DNA from: Saprospiraceae bacterium | GTDB lineage: Bacteria > Bacteroidota > Bacteroidia > Chitinophagales > Saprospiraceae | Direction: 5' to 3' | DNA: 64,000 bases | Assembly (NCBI GenBank): GCA_036479115.1 | Contig: JAZGFD010000085.1 | Span: forward strand, 11,218-75,217 | Part shown: positions 1 to 10,407 of the stretch, piece after piece | How positions within the stretch are numbered: the first letter of the stretch is position 1 | Layout: every line of letters begins with the position of its first letter | Notes under the pieces: model-generated | What the model saw: only the letters and a program-made list of their open reading frames with translations | What the model was told of the DNA's origin: nothing | The model's database searches: none | Program-made: the position numbers and the translations under genes

Positions 1-1986
1 ATTATAATTGAAAGGAGCATTGGGAAGAAGGTCTTTCCATTTGCTTTCCATCATTGATAATGTATGGGTCATATCTGTGGTGTTGATCTTAAAAGCCAAA
101 TATCTATAGGTGACAGTAGATCGCACATCAGCTATGACAATAGGCTTAATGTCATCATGCATAGAACCAAAATGAAAATCTTTAACTATGCCAATTATTC
201 GTGCTATACTACCTAAATCCCCAACATGGATCATCGTGTTAAGGGCTTCTTCGGGATGGTCAAAGCCCAGTGACGCCGAAGCCGTTTCGTTAATTACGAC
301 ATCATGAGAATGGTCGATTTCATAATGTGCCTTATTGAAAAACCGACCATGAGCTAAATGGATATCATAGGCTTCAATATAGTTTTCGTCTACTTGCATC
401 ATCGGGGCATAAAAGGCAGCTGATGAATCTTGTCCTTGCCTATAGATACTCGTATTATATCCCGCATTGCCATCTGGAATTTCGTAGGCAAGGCTGGCAT
501 TTGTGACATCAGCGAGGTTATTCATTTCATTTCTTACAGTTATCATTTTAGCAACTCCCTCTGACGACCATTGTCGTGGTGTACGGACATGAACAATCTG
601 ATCTTTGTTAAAGCCTAAGTCTTTATCAAAAAGAAAATTAATCTGCTGGCTTACTAAAAATGTGGCTGCTATTACAAACAATGATATTGCAAATTGCAAA
701 GTCATTAGGACTTGTCTAAATCTTACATTTTTCCTTACAGTTGTGAGTTTTCCTTTTAGAGAATCTACAGTAGGTAATGATGAAATGGACATAGCTGGAT
801 ACAATCCCGATAGCACCCCGACCAGAACTGCTAGTAACAATGTAAAAATTACAAAGACGGGAGAAAACTCCCAAATTGAAATCAACGGTTTGCCTAGAAT
901 ATCAGCAAAATAATCTTTAGACATTTCATAAATAAAAAGAGACATTGCCGTACTGATTATTGCCAACATGATGGATTCGATAAGAAATTGAATGATTATC
1001 TGCTTTCTCTTTCCCCCTAGTGTTTTTCTTACGCCCATTTCTCTTACCCTTTCGGTAGAATTTCCGATAGTGATATTTATGAAATTTATAATGGCCATAA
1101 ACAGTATAAACAAACCGATGAGAATCAAAGAATAAATGGTTTTTTGTACCAAACCGCCATTGAATGACAAATAAAATGAAGATAGTGGCTCTAGTCTGAC
1201 CTCTAGATTATTAACCACTTCGGTCTCAGCATTATCTTTTATTAATTGGCTGATAGCTTGAGAAAGTAACTGAGGCGATACGCCATCTTTTAATTCTATA
1301 AAACTGGCCACATAGGCATTGCTCCAGCTGTTATAGCTTTTATATCTATTAAAAAATTTAAGATTTTCATTTGACATCAAGATGGGTGTTTTTTTAAACG
1401 CCAGATGAGTGACAGAATTAAAGGGAAGGTCGTCCAAAATTCCAGTCACTACAAAATCTCGACGTTTACCAGAGAACGATTCTACCTCCAAAATTTCATT
1501 GAGAACATCGGTTTTGCCAAAATATTTCAATGCCATTTTTTTAGTAATAACCATCTTATCAGGAGCAAGAAGAGCAGTCTCCATATCACCATGTAATAGC
1601 GTAAAACCATACATTTCTAATACCGCAGGGTCACCAAGTTGGATGCCTTCATTAAACACTTTATCCCTTTTTTTTACAATGGCATTGATGGCATCTATTG
1701 AGTAGTTATTAGAGATCAAATCGGGGTATTTTTCCCTAAGAGCAGCCGCTAAAGGAGCCAATGTGGTCATTTCTATTCCCATATTTGGCTTTGCCCATTG
1801 ACTCGTCAATAGATAATGATTCTTTATGTTCTTTAATTTTCTATTTACCTGATATTCAGAACATACAAAACTGCCTATGATCAGACTAAATGCAAGTCCT
1901 ATTGCCAAGCCTACTATCATGATAGCCGTATATAGGCTTCGTTTAGATAGGTTTCGATAAGCTACTTTTATATAATTTTTCAGCAT
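1..1986 (-). CDS. MacB-type ABC transporter permease (double FtsX + MacB periplasmic domain); C-terminus runs off the window start
   Basis: Absent from the ORF track because it is open at the window edge. Reverse-strand translation from the ATG at 1986 gives MLKNYIKVAYRNLSKRSLYTAIMIVGLAIGLA..., the same N-terminal signature as the three paralogs that follow. It also contains the REMGVRKTLGG loop motif. Confidence 0.8.
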   Translation of the reverse strand, partial: MLKNYIKVAYRNLSKRSLYTAIMIVGLAIGLAFSLIIGSFVCSEYQVNRKLKNIKNHYLLTSQWAKPNMGIEMTTLAPLAAALREKYPDLISNNYSIDAINAIVKKRDKVFNEGIQLGDPAVLEMYGFTLLHGDMETALLAPDKMVITKKMALKYFGKTDVLNEILEVESFSGKRRDFVVTGILDDLPFNSVTHLAFKKTPILMSNENLKFFNRYKSYNSWSNAYVASFIELKDGVSPQLLSQAISQLIKDNAETEVVNNLEVRLEPLSSFYLSFNGGLVQKTIYSLILIGLFILFMAIINFINITIGNSTERVREMGVRKTLGGKRKQIIIQFLIESIMLAIISTAMSLFIYEMSKDYFADILGKPLISIWEFSPVFVIFTLLLAVLVGVLSGLYPAMSISSLPTVDSLKGKLTTVRKNVRFRQVLMTLQFAISLFVIAATFLVSQQINFLFDKDLGFNKDQIVHVRTPRQWSSEGVAKMITVRNEMNNLADVTNASLAYEIPDGNAGYNTSIYRQGQDSSAAFYAPMMQVDENYIEAYDIHLAHGRFFNKAHYEIDHSHDVVINETASASLGFDHPEEALNTMIHVGDLGSIARIIGIVKDFHFGSMHDDIKPIVIADVRSTVTYRYLAFKINTTDMTHTLSMMESKWKDLLPNAPFNYN

Positions 1987-2020
1987 GATTGTCATTTTCA
2001 ACGTTTAATGCTCCAAACCA

Positions 2021-4393
2021 CTACTCATTTCTCAAGCTCTCCACCGGATTAGCAACAGCTGCTCGCAATGCCTGAAAACCAACTGTCAGAGAAGCAATAA
2101 TAATAGCCAATGCAACGGGTGCTGCAAACATCCAAAACTGCAAGCCTACTCCATATTCAAAATTGGCCAACCATCCTTTGAGCAAATATGCTGACACCGG
2201 AATACCCACTAATAATCCTATTGATACCAAAACCAAAAACTGCTTAGAAAGCAATTGTATTAAGCTGATTACTGAAGCTCCTAAGACTTTTCTGATGCCA
2301 ATTTCTTTTTGTTTTTGCTCTGCAAAAAAAGTGGCCAATCCGAAGAGACCCAAACAAGATATAAGAATAGAAATAAGAGCAAAAAAATTGGCCAAAGTAG
2401 CCGTGAGGGTTTCGCTCTGGTACTGCTGTTGGTACTGCTCATCTACAAAATCGAAATGCAATGTTACATCAGGAAGAACTTTTTTAAACGTAGATTCTAA
2501 ACTTGCTATAGCACCCTTCATATTGCCTTCTTCTGCTTTGACAAATAGCCATCCTGCATCGTCTTGGTCTAAGAGTATTCCTGCAGGCTCTATCTTTTCA
2601 TAAAGTGATCTGTTGTGAAAATCTTTGACTACGCCGATAATCTGACGTGGTTTGCCCCACCACCTCACTGTTTTTCCGATGGGATTGGTTAAGCCCATAA
2701 TACCAATGGCGGTTTCATTAAATACAATATTGGTGGTATCGTACACCGAACCTTCTCTATAAAATCTTCCTGATACTAGTGGCACATCAAATACATCCAG
2801 AAAGTTACTCGCTGTCCATAACATGCTAAATTCTATATTCTCCTGATCTGGTCTTTTCTCAGACCAGCCTACTCCATTTGTGGAGGCTTGCATATTGAGC
2901 GGTGATGGTCCTGCTAATGTGATACCTGCTATGCCTTTTTGAGTGATTAGCTCATTGTAGAGCACATCATATTGTGCAGTTATTTTATCATCTTGATGTA
3001 TGACAAGCAGGTTGTTTTTAGCGATACCTAAATTTTTGTTTTTTATGTATTCTACTTGTTGGCGTACTACGAGGGCAGCTACGATAAGTAATAGAGCCAG
3101 TACAAATTGTACCACCACAAGACCTTTTCTTAGAGATATACTTTTGCCTCTTTGACTCGCAGTACCTTTCAATGCGGTAACAGGTCTAAACCGAGAAAGC
3201 ACAAAAGCTGGATAAGCTCCTGAAAGTAGTGTAGTCAGACCAAATATTCCTGCAAATCCTATCCAAAAAGCAGGCTGACTCAAGTCGAATACTAACATCT
3301 TACCAGTGATCATTCTTACTTGAGGAAGTAGTAGTTCTGCTAGAGCATATGCCAGCCCTATAGATATGAGTGTAATCACTCCAGCTTCTATCATAAACTG
3401 TGTAATGAGTGATTTCTTGCCAGCACCAATGGATTTTCTTACGCCTACTTCTTTTGCTCTTTTGGACGCCCTTGCAGTCGATAGATTGACAAAATTAATA
3501 CAAGAAATAAATAGCAATAGCAATGCTGCTATACCAAATGTACGTACGTATCCTATACGCCCACCATCGACTTCAGCCATTTCGTTATAATTGGCATATA
3601 GATAGTGATCGGCATATTTTTGCAAGAGTATTCCTTCTTTTCTATCCCCTTCCTGATGCTCGTGAAATAGTGTTTCTATCTTTGATGCTACAGTCTTAGG
3701 GTCAGCACCATCTGCCAGTAATAGACATCCCTGCATTCCAGCGTTGCCCCATTCCAACATCCATTCATTCTTTTTTAATGTTCTTTGAAAACTATAGACG
3801 AAGTCGTTCTGAATAGATGAAGACGGTGGAAAGTCTTCATATACAGCATCAATAGAAAATTCGCCCACGTTTTGGATTTCTATAACTTTTCCTAGTGTTG
3901 TGGATTGCCATATATTGCCAAATAACTTTTTTGCAAGCTTCCTTGATATGGCTAGTGATTCTACCTTATTGTCTAATTCTGTAATATCTCCTATGAGAAT
4001 AGGATAGGAGAACACTTCAAAATAGGATGCATTCCCGAAAGTGCCTTTCTCTCTGAATATCAGGTCTTTATATTGTATAGATTCATCAAAACTTCTACCC
4101 AGAGCTACATATTTTTCTACTTCTGGGAGTTCTTTTACTGCAGCAACCAGCACGGGATAAGGTATGCCATTGTATACATCTAGGCTGCTACCTTCAAGGG
4201 GAATAGTACGTTTGACACGAAAAATGTTGTTGCCATTTTCATGAAATTTGTCTATGTTCCATTCGTCATGTACCCAAAGTAACATCAATAATGTCACTGC
4301 CAGAGAGATGGACAATCCTGTAATATTTATCAGAGAATATCCCTTGTGATTAATTAAACTTCTGAATGCTATTTTAAGATAGTTTTTAATCAT
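2021..4393 (-). CDS. MacB-type ABC transporter permease (double FtsX domain, 790 aa)
   Basis: N-terminus MIKNYLKIAFRSL. Two FtsX loop motifs, RAKEVGVRKSIGAG and QKEIGIRKVLGAS. C-terminus ANPVESLRNE. TM helices are arranged in the 1+3 / 1+3 pattern typical of this family. Confidence 0.9.
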   Translation of the reverse strand: MIKNYLKIAFRSLINHKGYSLINITGLSISLAVTLLMLLWVHDEWNIDKFHENGNNIFRVKRTIPLEGSSLDVYNGIPYPVLVAAVKELPEVEKYVALGRSFDESIQYKDLIFREKGTFGNASYFEVFSYPILIGDITELDNKVESLAISRKLAKKLFGNIWQSTTLGKVIEIQNVGEFSIDAVYEDFPPSSSIQNDFVYSFQRTLKKNEWMLEWGNAGMQGCLLLADGADPKTVASKIETLFHEHQEGDRKEGILLQKYADHYLYANYNEMAEVDGGRIGYVRTFGIAALLLLFISCINFVNLSTARASKRAKEVGVRKSIGAGKKSLITQFMIEAGVITLISIGLAYALAELLLPQVRMITGKMLVFDLSQPAFWIGFAGIFGLTTLLSGAYPAFVLSRFRPVTALKGTASQRGKSISLRKGLVVVQFVLALLLIVAALVVRQQVEYIKNKNLGIAKNNLLVIHQDDKITAQYDVLYNELITQKGIAGITLAGPSPLNMQASTNGVGWSEKRPDQENIEFSMLWTASNFLDVFDVPLVSGRFYREGSVYDTTNIVFNETAIGIMGLTNPIGKTVRWWGKPRQIIGVVKDFHNRSLYEKIEPAGILLDQDDAGWLFVKAEEGNMKGAIASLESTFKKVLPDVTLHFDFVDEQYQQQYQSETLTATLANFFALISILISCLGLFGLATFFAEQKQKEIGIRKVLGASVISLIQLLSKQFLVLVSIGLLVGIPVSAYLLKGWLANFEYGVGLQFWMFAAPVALAIIIASLTVGFQALRAAVANPVESLRNE

Positions 4394-4440
4394 AATGTTT
4401 TATTGTTTTATTGTTCAATCTTCTGTGGCCCCAACTCCCT

Positions 4441-6876
4441 TTACTCACTCCTCAGCGACTCCACAGGATTAGCAACAGCTGCCTTTATACTCTGAAAACT
4501 TATAGTCACAAATGCAATAAGAAGAGCTATTAAGCCGCCGATCATAAAAGTAGAGAAGTCCATATCTATCCGGAATACGAAATTAGCCAGCCATTTATCC
4601 ATTAACCACCACGATATAGGGACGGCTAGGATTAGAGCTATAATTACAAGTTTTATAAAGTCTTTGGAAAGCAAGCCTACTACTTCTGTTACACTGGCTC
4701 CGAGTACTTTTCTTATTCCTATTTCCTTATATCTCTGTTCTGCCATATATGCTGATAATGCAAACAGGCCTAGACAAGCAACGAATATAGCGAGTAGTGC
4801 AAAAGTTGTAAATATGCTTCTGATACGGCTCACATTGTCATACATCTTGGCATATGACTCGTCCATAAATTTATATCGGAAAGCAAGATTAGGAGCAAAT
4901 TTATTCCACTGCTCTTCTATTGACCCAAGTAGTCGAGGTATGTTGTCAGTATTGATTTTGACAGATATGATGGAGGGACTTATCCCTTGAAAAAAGCATA
5001 GCGGGTATACTTTTTCTGTCAGAGATGTATAGTTAAAATTTTCAACGACTCCTATTACTTCATAAAGTGTACCATACCTTGATATGTTTTTACCAATTGG
5101 GTCTTCCAGATTAAGTCTCTCTACCATTTCTTCATTAATAATGGTAGTAAGATTATCAGAGGATTTATCTACATCAAAATTTCTGCCTTGCGTAAGTTTC
5201 ATTCCCAAGGTTTCGAGATAATCTTCATCAATGACCCATGACTGTGCACCAACTGTTTCATCCAGTTTTTCTCTGCCTTCATTTACAAATGAATTACCGT
5301 TTCTTTTAGTCCCTTCTAAAGGTAAGTAGTCACTTATAGTAGCATTCTTAACACCTGCCATTCCTTTAATTACATCTTTGAATGTCTGTACATCATCTGT
5401 GAGCATATTTGTGCCATATAATTGGATTACTTGCTCTTTTTCGAATCCTATTTTAGTATTTAGGATATAATTGAGTTGCTTGTTAATAAAGAATGTGCAT
5501 ACTATCAAAACAATAGAAATACCAAATTGAAATACTACTAATCCACTGCGTATGGAGCCAGATCGATTATGAGATGTCAATACACCTTTGAGTGTATTAA
5601 TAGGTCTGAATCCGGATAGATAGAAAGCTGGATACAACCCTGCAAGAACTCCTATAACAACAGCTGTCGAAATTAATCCGATGATAAAAAATGGCTCAGA
5701 AAAAGGAATCTCTAATTGTATACCTGTCATGCCCCTAAAAAAAGGAATCAACGCTTCTGATAACCCTACACCTGCAATAAATGCAATAAATGTGATAAAA
5801 ATAGATTCTGATAGAAACTGAATGATTAAGCCCTGCCTACTAGAGCCTATGACTTTCCTAAGTCCTACTTCTTTTGCTCTACTTGCAGATTTAGCTGTAG
5901 AGAGATTGATAAAATTGATACAGGCTATGACAAGTATGAATAAGGCAATTAGTCCAAATATCCAAATGATCTTGATATCATTTCTGGAACTATTCTGATG
6001 TGGAATATCAGCTGATCTAAGGTTAATATCTCTGATGGGTTGCATCATCAATTTGGCTGAATTTTCTATATTTTCTCCTTGTGTATAGCCTCCTGCTAAA
6101 AGTGCAGGCTTCATATATCCTAATATCAATTTATCTGATAATATAGGTTCAAAAGAAGTTATATCCGTTTTAGGAGACATAGCGAAATAGATGTAGTAAT
6201 TGTTCTGTAACCATCGGGTCTGTTCTCCTTCTCCAAACTCTACATCCGTAAGTGTGATCAAGAAGTCATAACCAAGATGAGAAGTACTTGGAAAATCTTC
6301 CATTACACCGCTTATTATAAATGGATCATCCATTCCTCCATTGAGGTACATGGTTTTGCCCATCGGGTTGTTGTCCTTAAAGTACTTTTTAGAAACCTTT
6401 TCAGATATGACTATTGTCTTAGGTGCTGTCAAGGCAGAGGAAGATTTCCCATATACCATAGGAATACTAAATATGTCTAATATAGACTGATCAGCATAGG
6501 TAAACCTTTCTTCGTGATGCTGTTCTGGGTCTCCTTCAAAACTTATCTCATTGCTCCCTGCTCTATAAAAAAGAGGATTGTCCATTAATCTGCCAGAAAT
6601 TTTTATCTCATCAAAATCCTTATCCAGGGTGGATGCTGTATTGGCTGAAAAATGGATGCTACGACCTGAAAAGTTATCATCATTGTATAGTGTTGTAAGC
6701 CTATATATGTTTTCACCATTAGGGACATGCTTATCGTAACTTATCTCATGTAGAATGTATACAGAGATTAGTATACAAGCTGCTATTCCTATACTGAGGC
6801 CTGTAAGATTGATAAAAGAAAAGATTTTATTCTTTTGTAGATTTCTTAATCCGACTTTTATGTAATTCTTTATCAT
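4441..6876 (-). CDS. MacB-type ABC transporter permease (double FtsX domain, 811 aa)
   Basis: N-terminus MIKNYIKVGLRNL. Loop motifs RAKEVGLRKVIGSS and YKEIGIRKVLGAS. C-terminus ANPVESLRSE. Confidence 0.9.
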   Translation of the reverse strand: MIKNYIKVGLRNLQKNKIFSFINLTGLSIGIAACILISVYILHEISYDKHVPNGENIYRLTTLYNDDNFSGRSIHFSANTASTLDKDFDEIKISGRLMDNPLFYRAGSNEISFEGDPEQHHEERFTYADQSILDIFSIPMVYGKSSSALTAPKTIVISEKVSKKYFKDNNPMGKTMYLNGGMDDPFIISGVMEDFPSTSHLGYDFLITLTDVEFGEGEQTRWLQNNYYIYFAMSPKTDITSFEPILSDKLILGYMKPALLAGGYTQGENIENSAKLMMQPIRDINLRSADIPHQNSSRNDIKIIWIFGLIALFILVIACINFINLSTAKSASRAKEVGLRKVIGSSRQGLIIQFLSESIFITFIAFIAGVGLSEALIPFFRGMTGIQLEIPFSEPFFIIGLISTAVVIGVLAGLYPAFYLSGFRPINTLKGVLTSHNRSGSIRSGLVVFQFGISIVLIVCTFFINKQLNYILNTKIGFEKEQVIQLYGTNMLTDDVQTFKDVIKGMAGVKNATISDYLPLEGTKRNGNSFVNEGREKLDETVGAQSWVIDEDYLETLGMKLTQGRNFDVDKSSDNLTTIINEEMVERLNLEDPIGKNISRYGTLYEVIGVVENFNYTSLTEKVYPLCFFQGISPSIISVKINTDNIPRLLGSIEEQWNKFAPNLAFRYKFMDESYAKMYDNVSRIRSIFTTFALLAIFVACLGLFALSAYMAEQRYKEIGIRKVLGASVTEVVGLLSKDFIKLVIIALILAVPISWWLMDKWLANFVFRIDMDFSTFMIGGLIALLIAFVTISFQSIKAAVANPVESLRSE

Positions 6877-6942
6877 GATGATTTATTTATCAATGTTCGT
6901 TTTATTGAGTTTGTGAGGCCAGAATCTAGTCTTCCCATTTCC

Positions 6943-9315
6943 TTACTCGCTCCTCAAACTCTCCACAGGATTGACCAAAGCTGTTTTCATACTCTGTAGG
7001 CCTACAGTCAGCAATCCTACAACTACTGTAATTAACCCACACAATGCAAATACCCACCACGCCAGATCAGTGCGATAAGCAAAATCTTCCATCCATATAC
7101 TGGAGATGTAGTAACCGATGGGCACGGCAATAACTAATGCTAGCCCTGACAGTTTTAAGAAATCAAAAGAAAGCATACCCATAATCTCAGTAATGCTAGC
7201 ACCCAGTACTTTTCTGATTCCGATCTCTCGTGCACGTCGTTCTACATTAAAAACAGTAAACCCAAAAAGCCCCATGAGCGATATAAAAAGTGTCAATATC
7301 GTGGCGTACATCAGGGTTGTACCCATTCGGTTTTGTTCTGCATATTGAGCGGCAAAATCTTCATCAAGAAAAGAAAATCGCATGGGATGTTGAGGCTCCA
7401 CTTGACTCCACAATTTTCTAATAGAGGCAATAGAAGCTGATATGTCTGTAGTCGAGAGTTTAATGCCTACATAATATGACCTTCGAGGGTAACCACCTAT
7501 GATGAGCGGTCTTATAGTTTTAGAAAGTCCTTTGAAATGGAAGTTTTTCATTACTCCTACTATTCTCCCATAACTGTCATCACTTGTGAATTTTATTCTG
7601 GCTTCTGTTGGGTTTTTAATGTTATTCAAGTTAATAAATTCTTCATTTACCACATAGTTATCTATAGTGTCTGCAGAAATCGAAGAAGACAGAAAACGTC
7701 CCTCTTTCATCTCAATATTGAGGGTTTTGATATAATCAGGGTCTGAGAAAATGACATTGGGAGATACAGACTCAGGTCTGCCTTCTATGAGCATGCCCCA
7801 ATCTGGAATAAAATGCCCGGGAAACCTTGAAGCTGTTGTCACGCTGCTTACGCCCGGAATATTCTCAAACCTAGACTTCATATTGACAATCTTACGTGTA
7901 GTTTCGTCTGTATTTATGGGTATTATTATTACTTGATCAGCATGAAATCCCAATTCGTGATCGGTCATAAAATTTACTTGTCGATAAATAAATGCCATTA
8001 CGATAAGCAGAATGATAGTTACTGAAAACTGACCAGTTACCAGTATTTTTCTAAATAGGCCCTTACCACCCTGGTTTAAATAATTAGATTTTATTGCAGT
8101 AGATGGGCTAAAAGCGGAAATTACTAGAGCTGGATATATACCTGCTAACAGCCCTGTACAAAGTGCTACGCCCAATATAGAAATCACTAATCCCAATGAA
8201 TGGGCATCAAATAAGATCAATTCTCGATCAATTATATTATTAAAAAATGGCATCAGAAGCATAGCTATTATAATGGCAAGTGCTGCCGCTAAAAATGACT
8301 GCAATAATGCCTCGGTGATAAACTGAATAGTCAATCCTAAACGGCCTTCTCCCATTACTTTCTTAATGCCGACTTCCTTAGCCCTTTGGCTGGCACGTGC
8401 TGTAGCTAGATTGATATAATTAATGATTGCGACTCCCAAAACTAAAATACCGATCAGAATAAATATGTATATACTACGCATACTACCCCCAGAAGAGGCC
8501 AGAAAGTTAATATTGGCAGATTGTAAATGTACCTCATTGAGTGGCTGAAATTTCCATTCTGCAAAGTCTTCTGATGTAGGCGTATAATTAATAGATAAAA
8601 ACTCTGCTGACATCAATGCCGAGATACTTTCAGTAAGTTTCTCTTCTAGATTGGGTATTGATATATTGGGCTTGAGACGTGCATAGGTAGCTCGATTATT
8701 ACCCGTCCATGAAGAAGAATACCATTGAAAACGAGTAAATATGTCAGAAACGATGTGGGTATTCTTCCCTTCTAAGTCAAAGACGCCGGAGATAGTATAA
8801 TCTTGATCTCCCTGAAATTGTACTACTTGACCTACAGAGTTGCTTGTTCCAAATAGGTTTTCTGACAGCTCTTTAGAAATGACCATACTATTGGGTTTAT
8901 TTAGCGCTATAGCTGGGCTGCCATGTAGGAAAGGTATGGTAAGCACTTGAAAAAAAGTACTGTCTACAGATGCTGTATTTTCTACATATAGTTTTTTACC
9001 TTGATGTTCTATGAGTTCTTCTCCACCTGGAGCAAACCCCGTGGCTACATCTACTTCTGGAAAGTCTGTGGACAATTTTTGGGCTAGTAATGAGGGTGTC
9101 CAGACAGTATTAGATTCTGCCGACCAGTGGCGATGTAAGCGGTATGTTCTCTCACTATCCTCCATCCAATTATCATAGCTTAACTCATTGTTGACAAAAG
9201 TAAAAACGAATATGGCCACGGCTATACCAAAAGATAAACCCAACAAATTAATAATAGAATAGACCTTATTATTGATCAATTGTCGATATCCGATTTTTAA
9301 ATTATTTAGTAACAT
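6943..9315 (-). CDS. MacB-type ABC transporter permease (double FtsX domain, 790 aa)
   Basis: N-terminus MLLNNLKIGYRQL. Loop motifs RAKEVGIKKVMGEG and AREIGIRKVLGAS. C-terminus VNPVESLRSE. Confidence 0.9.
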   Translation of the reverse strand: MLLNNLKIGYRQLINNKVYSIINLLGLSFGIAVAIFVFTFVNNELSYDNWMEDSERTYRLHRHWSAESNTVWTPSLLAQKLSTDFPEVDVATGFAPGGEELIEHQGKKLYVENTASVDSTFFQVLTIPFLHGSPAIALNKPNSMVISKELSENLFGTSNSVGQVVQFQGDQDYTISGVFDLEGKNTHIVSDIFTRFQWYSSSWTGNNRATYARLKPNISIPNLEEKLTESISALMSAEFLSINYTPTSEDFAEWKFQPLNEVHLQSANINFLASSGGSMRSIYIFILIGILVLGVAIINYINLATARASQRAKEVGIKKVMGEGRLGLTIQFITEALLQSFLAAALAIIIAMLLMPFFNNIIDRELILFDAHSLGLVISILGVALCTGLLAGIYPALVISAFSPSTAIKSNYLNQGGKGLFRKILVTGQFSVTIILLIVMAFIYRQVNFMTDHELGFHADQVIIIPINTDETTRKIVNMKSRFENIPGVSSVTTASRFPGHFIPDWGMLIEGRPESVSPNVIFSDPDYIKTLNIEMKEGRFLSSSISADTIDNYVVNEEFINLNNIKNPTEARIKFTSDDSYGRIVGVMKNFHFKGLSKTIRPLIIGGYPRRSYYVGIKLSTTDISASIASIRKLWSQVEPQHPMRFSFLDEDFAAQYAEQNRMGTTLMYATILTLFISLMGLFGFTVFNVERRAREIGIRKVLGASITEIMGMLSFDFLKLSGLALVIAVPIGYYISSIWMEDFAYRTDLAWWVFALCGLITVVVGLLTVGLQSMKTALVNPVESLRSE

Positions 9316-9324
9316 TTGTAAAAT

Positions 9325-9579
9325 TTAGTTTTTGAAGTTCTTTCACTATTTATTGCCAAGCACAATAAATGCAACACCATCTTTAATACGATCTGTTTTT
9401 ACTTTGTATATGTCTCATCATTTTCATAAAACTTGTCATACGATTTTTCTAATTGTGTATACTGTCAGATAAACATCACTGCGGTCATTCCTACAATCAA
9501 CCCTATTTATGTTGATTGCCGAAATAGACTTGTTTCGAACTAAATGTCTCCACGCTACTTTCAGATTGTTATAAAACAT
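9325..9579 (-). pseudogene. Decayed N-terminal fragment of a further FtsX/MacB permease paralog
   Basis: Reverse strand from the ATG at 9579 reads MFYNNLKVAWRHLVRNKSISAINI. The frame then shifts to GLIVGMTAVMFI*QYTQLEKSYDKFYENDETYTK*. This matches the permease N-terminus and first TM helix, broken by a frameshift and stops. Confidence 0.6.
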
Positions 9580-9600
9580 ATTATGCTATTTGTTATGTGG

Positions 9601-10278
9601 TTAATCTATTAGAGCATCGTCTTTCACAAATCCATCTTCTAGCTGGATAATACGTGTGCCATATTTTGCATTTTTATCTGAATGAGTCACTTGGATTATG
9701 GTCATTCCGTCGCGGTGCAGCGTCTGAAATAAGTCCATGATCATCTCTCCGTGCTTGGTATGTAGATTTCCCGTAGGTTCGTCTGCTAGTAGTAATTTTG
9801 GTTTGCCTATTATGGCTCTGGCAACGCCTACCATTTGCTGTTGTCCTCCTGAAAGCTGACTAGGGAATAAATCTTTTTTGGCAACTATATTAAACCTGTC
9901 GAGGATATCCGCCACCATAGCTTTACGCTCTTTGCTTTTCACTTTTCTATATAGCAGAGGTGTTTCTATGTTTTCGTATACTGTCAGTTCGTCGATGAGG
10001 TGATAGGCTTGGAATACAAACCCTATGTAGTGTTTGTACAGTTCTGTTCTTCTTTTTTCTTTGAATTTATGCACAGGCTCGTCCAAGAAATGGTACTCTC
10101 CACTTTTGGCTTCATCCAGCATGCCGATGATATTGAGCAAAGTTGTTTTCCCAGAGCCACTCGGCCCCATGATGGTTACAAATTCTCCTTCGTTGACTTC
10201 AAGAGAAATGTCCTTGAGCACCCATGATTTTTGGAGCCCTGAGCGGTAGTAGCGCTCTATGTTTTCTAGTTTTATCAT
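9601..10278 (-). CDS. ABC transporter ATP-binding protein (MacB/LolD-type ATPase)
   Basis: Walker A GPSGSGKTT, ABC signature LSGGQQQ, Walker [10 protein letters not shown]-loop VTHS. Confidence 0.92.
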   Translation of the reverse strand: MIKLENIERYYRSGLQKSWVLKDISLEVNEGEFVTIMGPSGSGKTTLLNIIGMLDEAKSGEYHFLDEPVHKFKEKRRTELYKHYIGFVFQAYHLIDELTVYENIETPLLYRKVKSKERKAMVADILDRFNIVAKKDLFPSQLSGGQQQMVGVARAIIGKPKLLLADEPTGNLHTKHGEMIMDLFQTLHRDGMTIIQVTHSDKNAKYGTRIIQLEDGFVKDDALID

Positions 10279-10290
10279 GATTTATTTGTG

Positions 10291-10371
10291 AGGTGAAAGG
10301 GGGAAAGTAAGCGAAGTAGGTGAAAAGGGCGATGTAGGTGATGTAAGTGAAAGGGGAGAATGGGGCAGATG
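10291..10371. repeat. Purine-rich imperfect tandem repeat, 3 x 27 bp (AGGTGAAAGGGG... units)
   Basis: Units start at 10291, 10318 and 10345, as AGGTGAAAGGGGG, AGGTGAAAAGGGC and AAGTGAAAGGGGA. The tract is G-rich in an otherwise AT-rich region. It lies directly 5' of the ATPase start codon on the opposite strand. Confidence 0.6.
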
Positions 10372-10407
10372 ATATTTTTTTTTGTTATTGAATCAAGCAA
10401 ACATACC

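Noticed and set aside
605-1705. Plus-strand ORFs (102, 63 and 98 aa) at the window start
   Set aside because: They are antisense to the edge-truncated FtsX permease, whose translation is continuous on the minus strand from 1986 to position 1.
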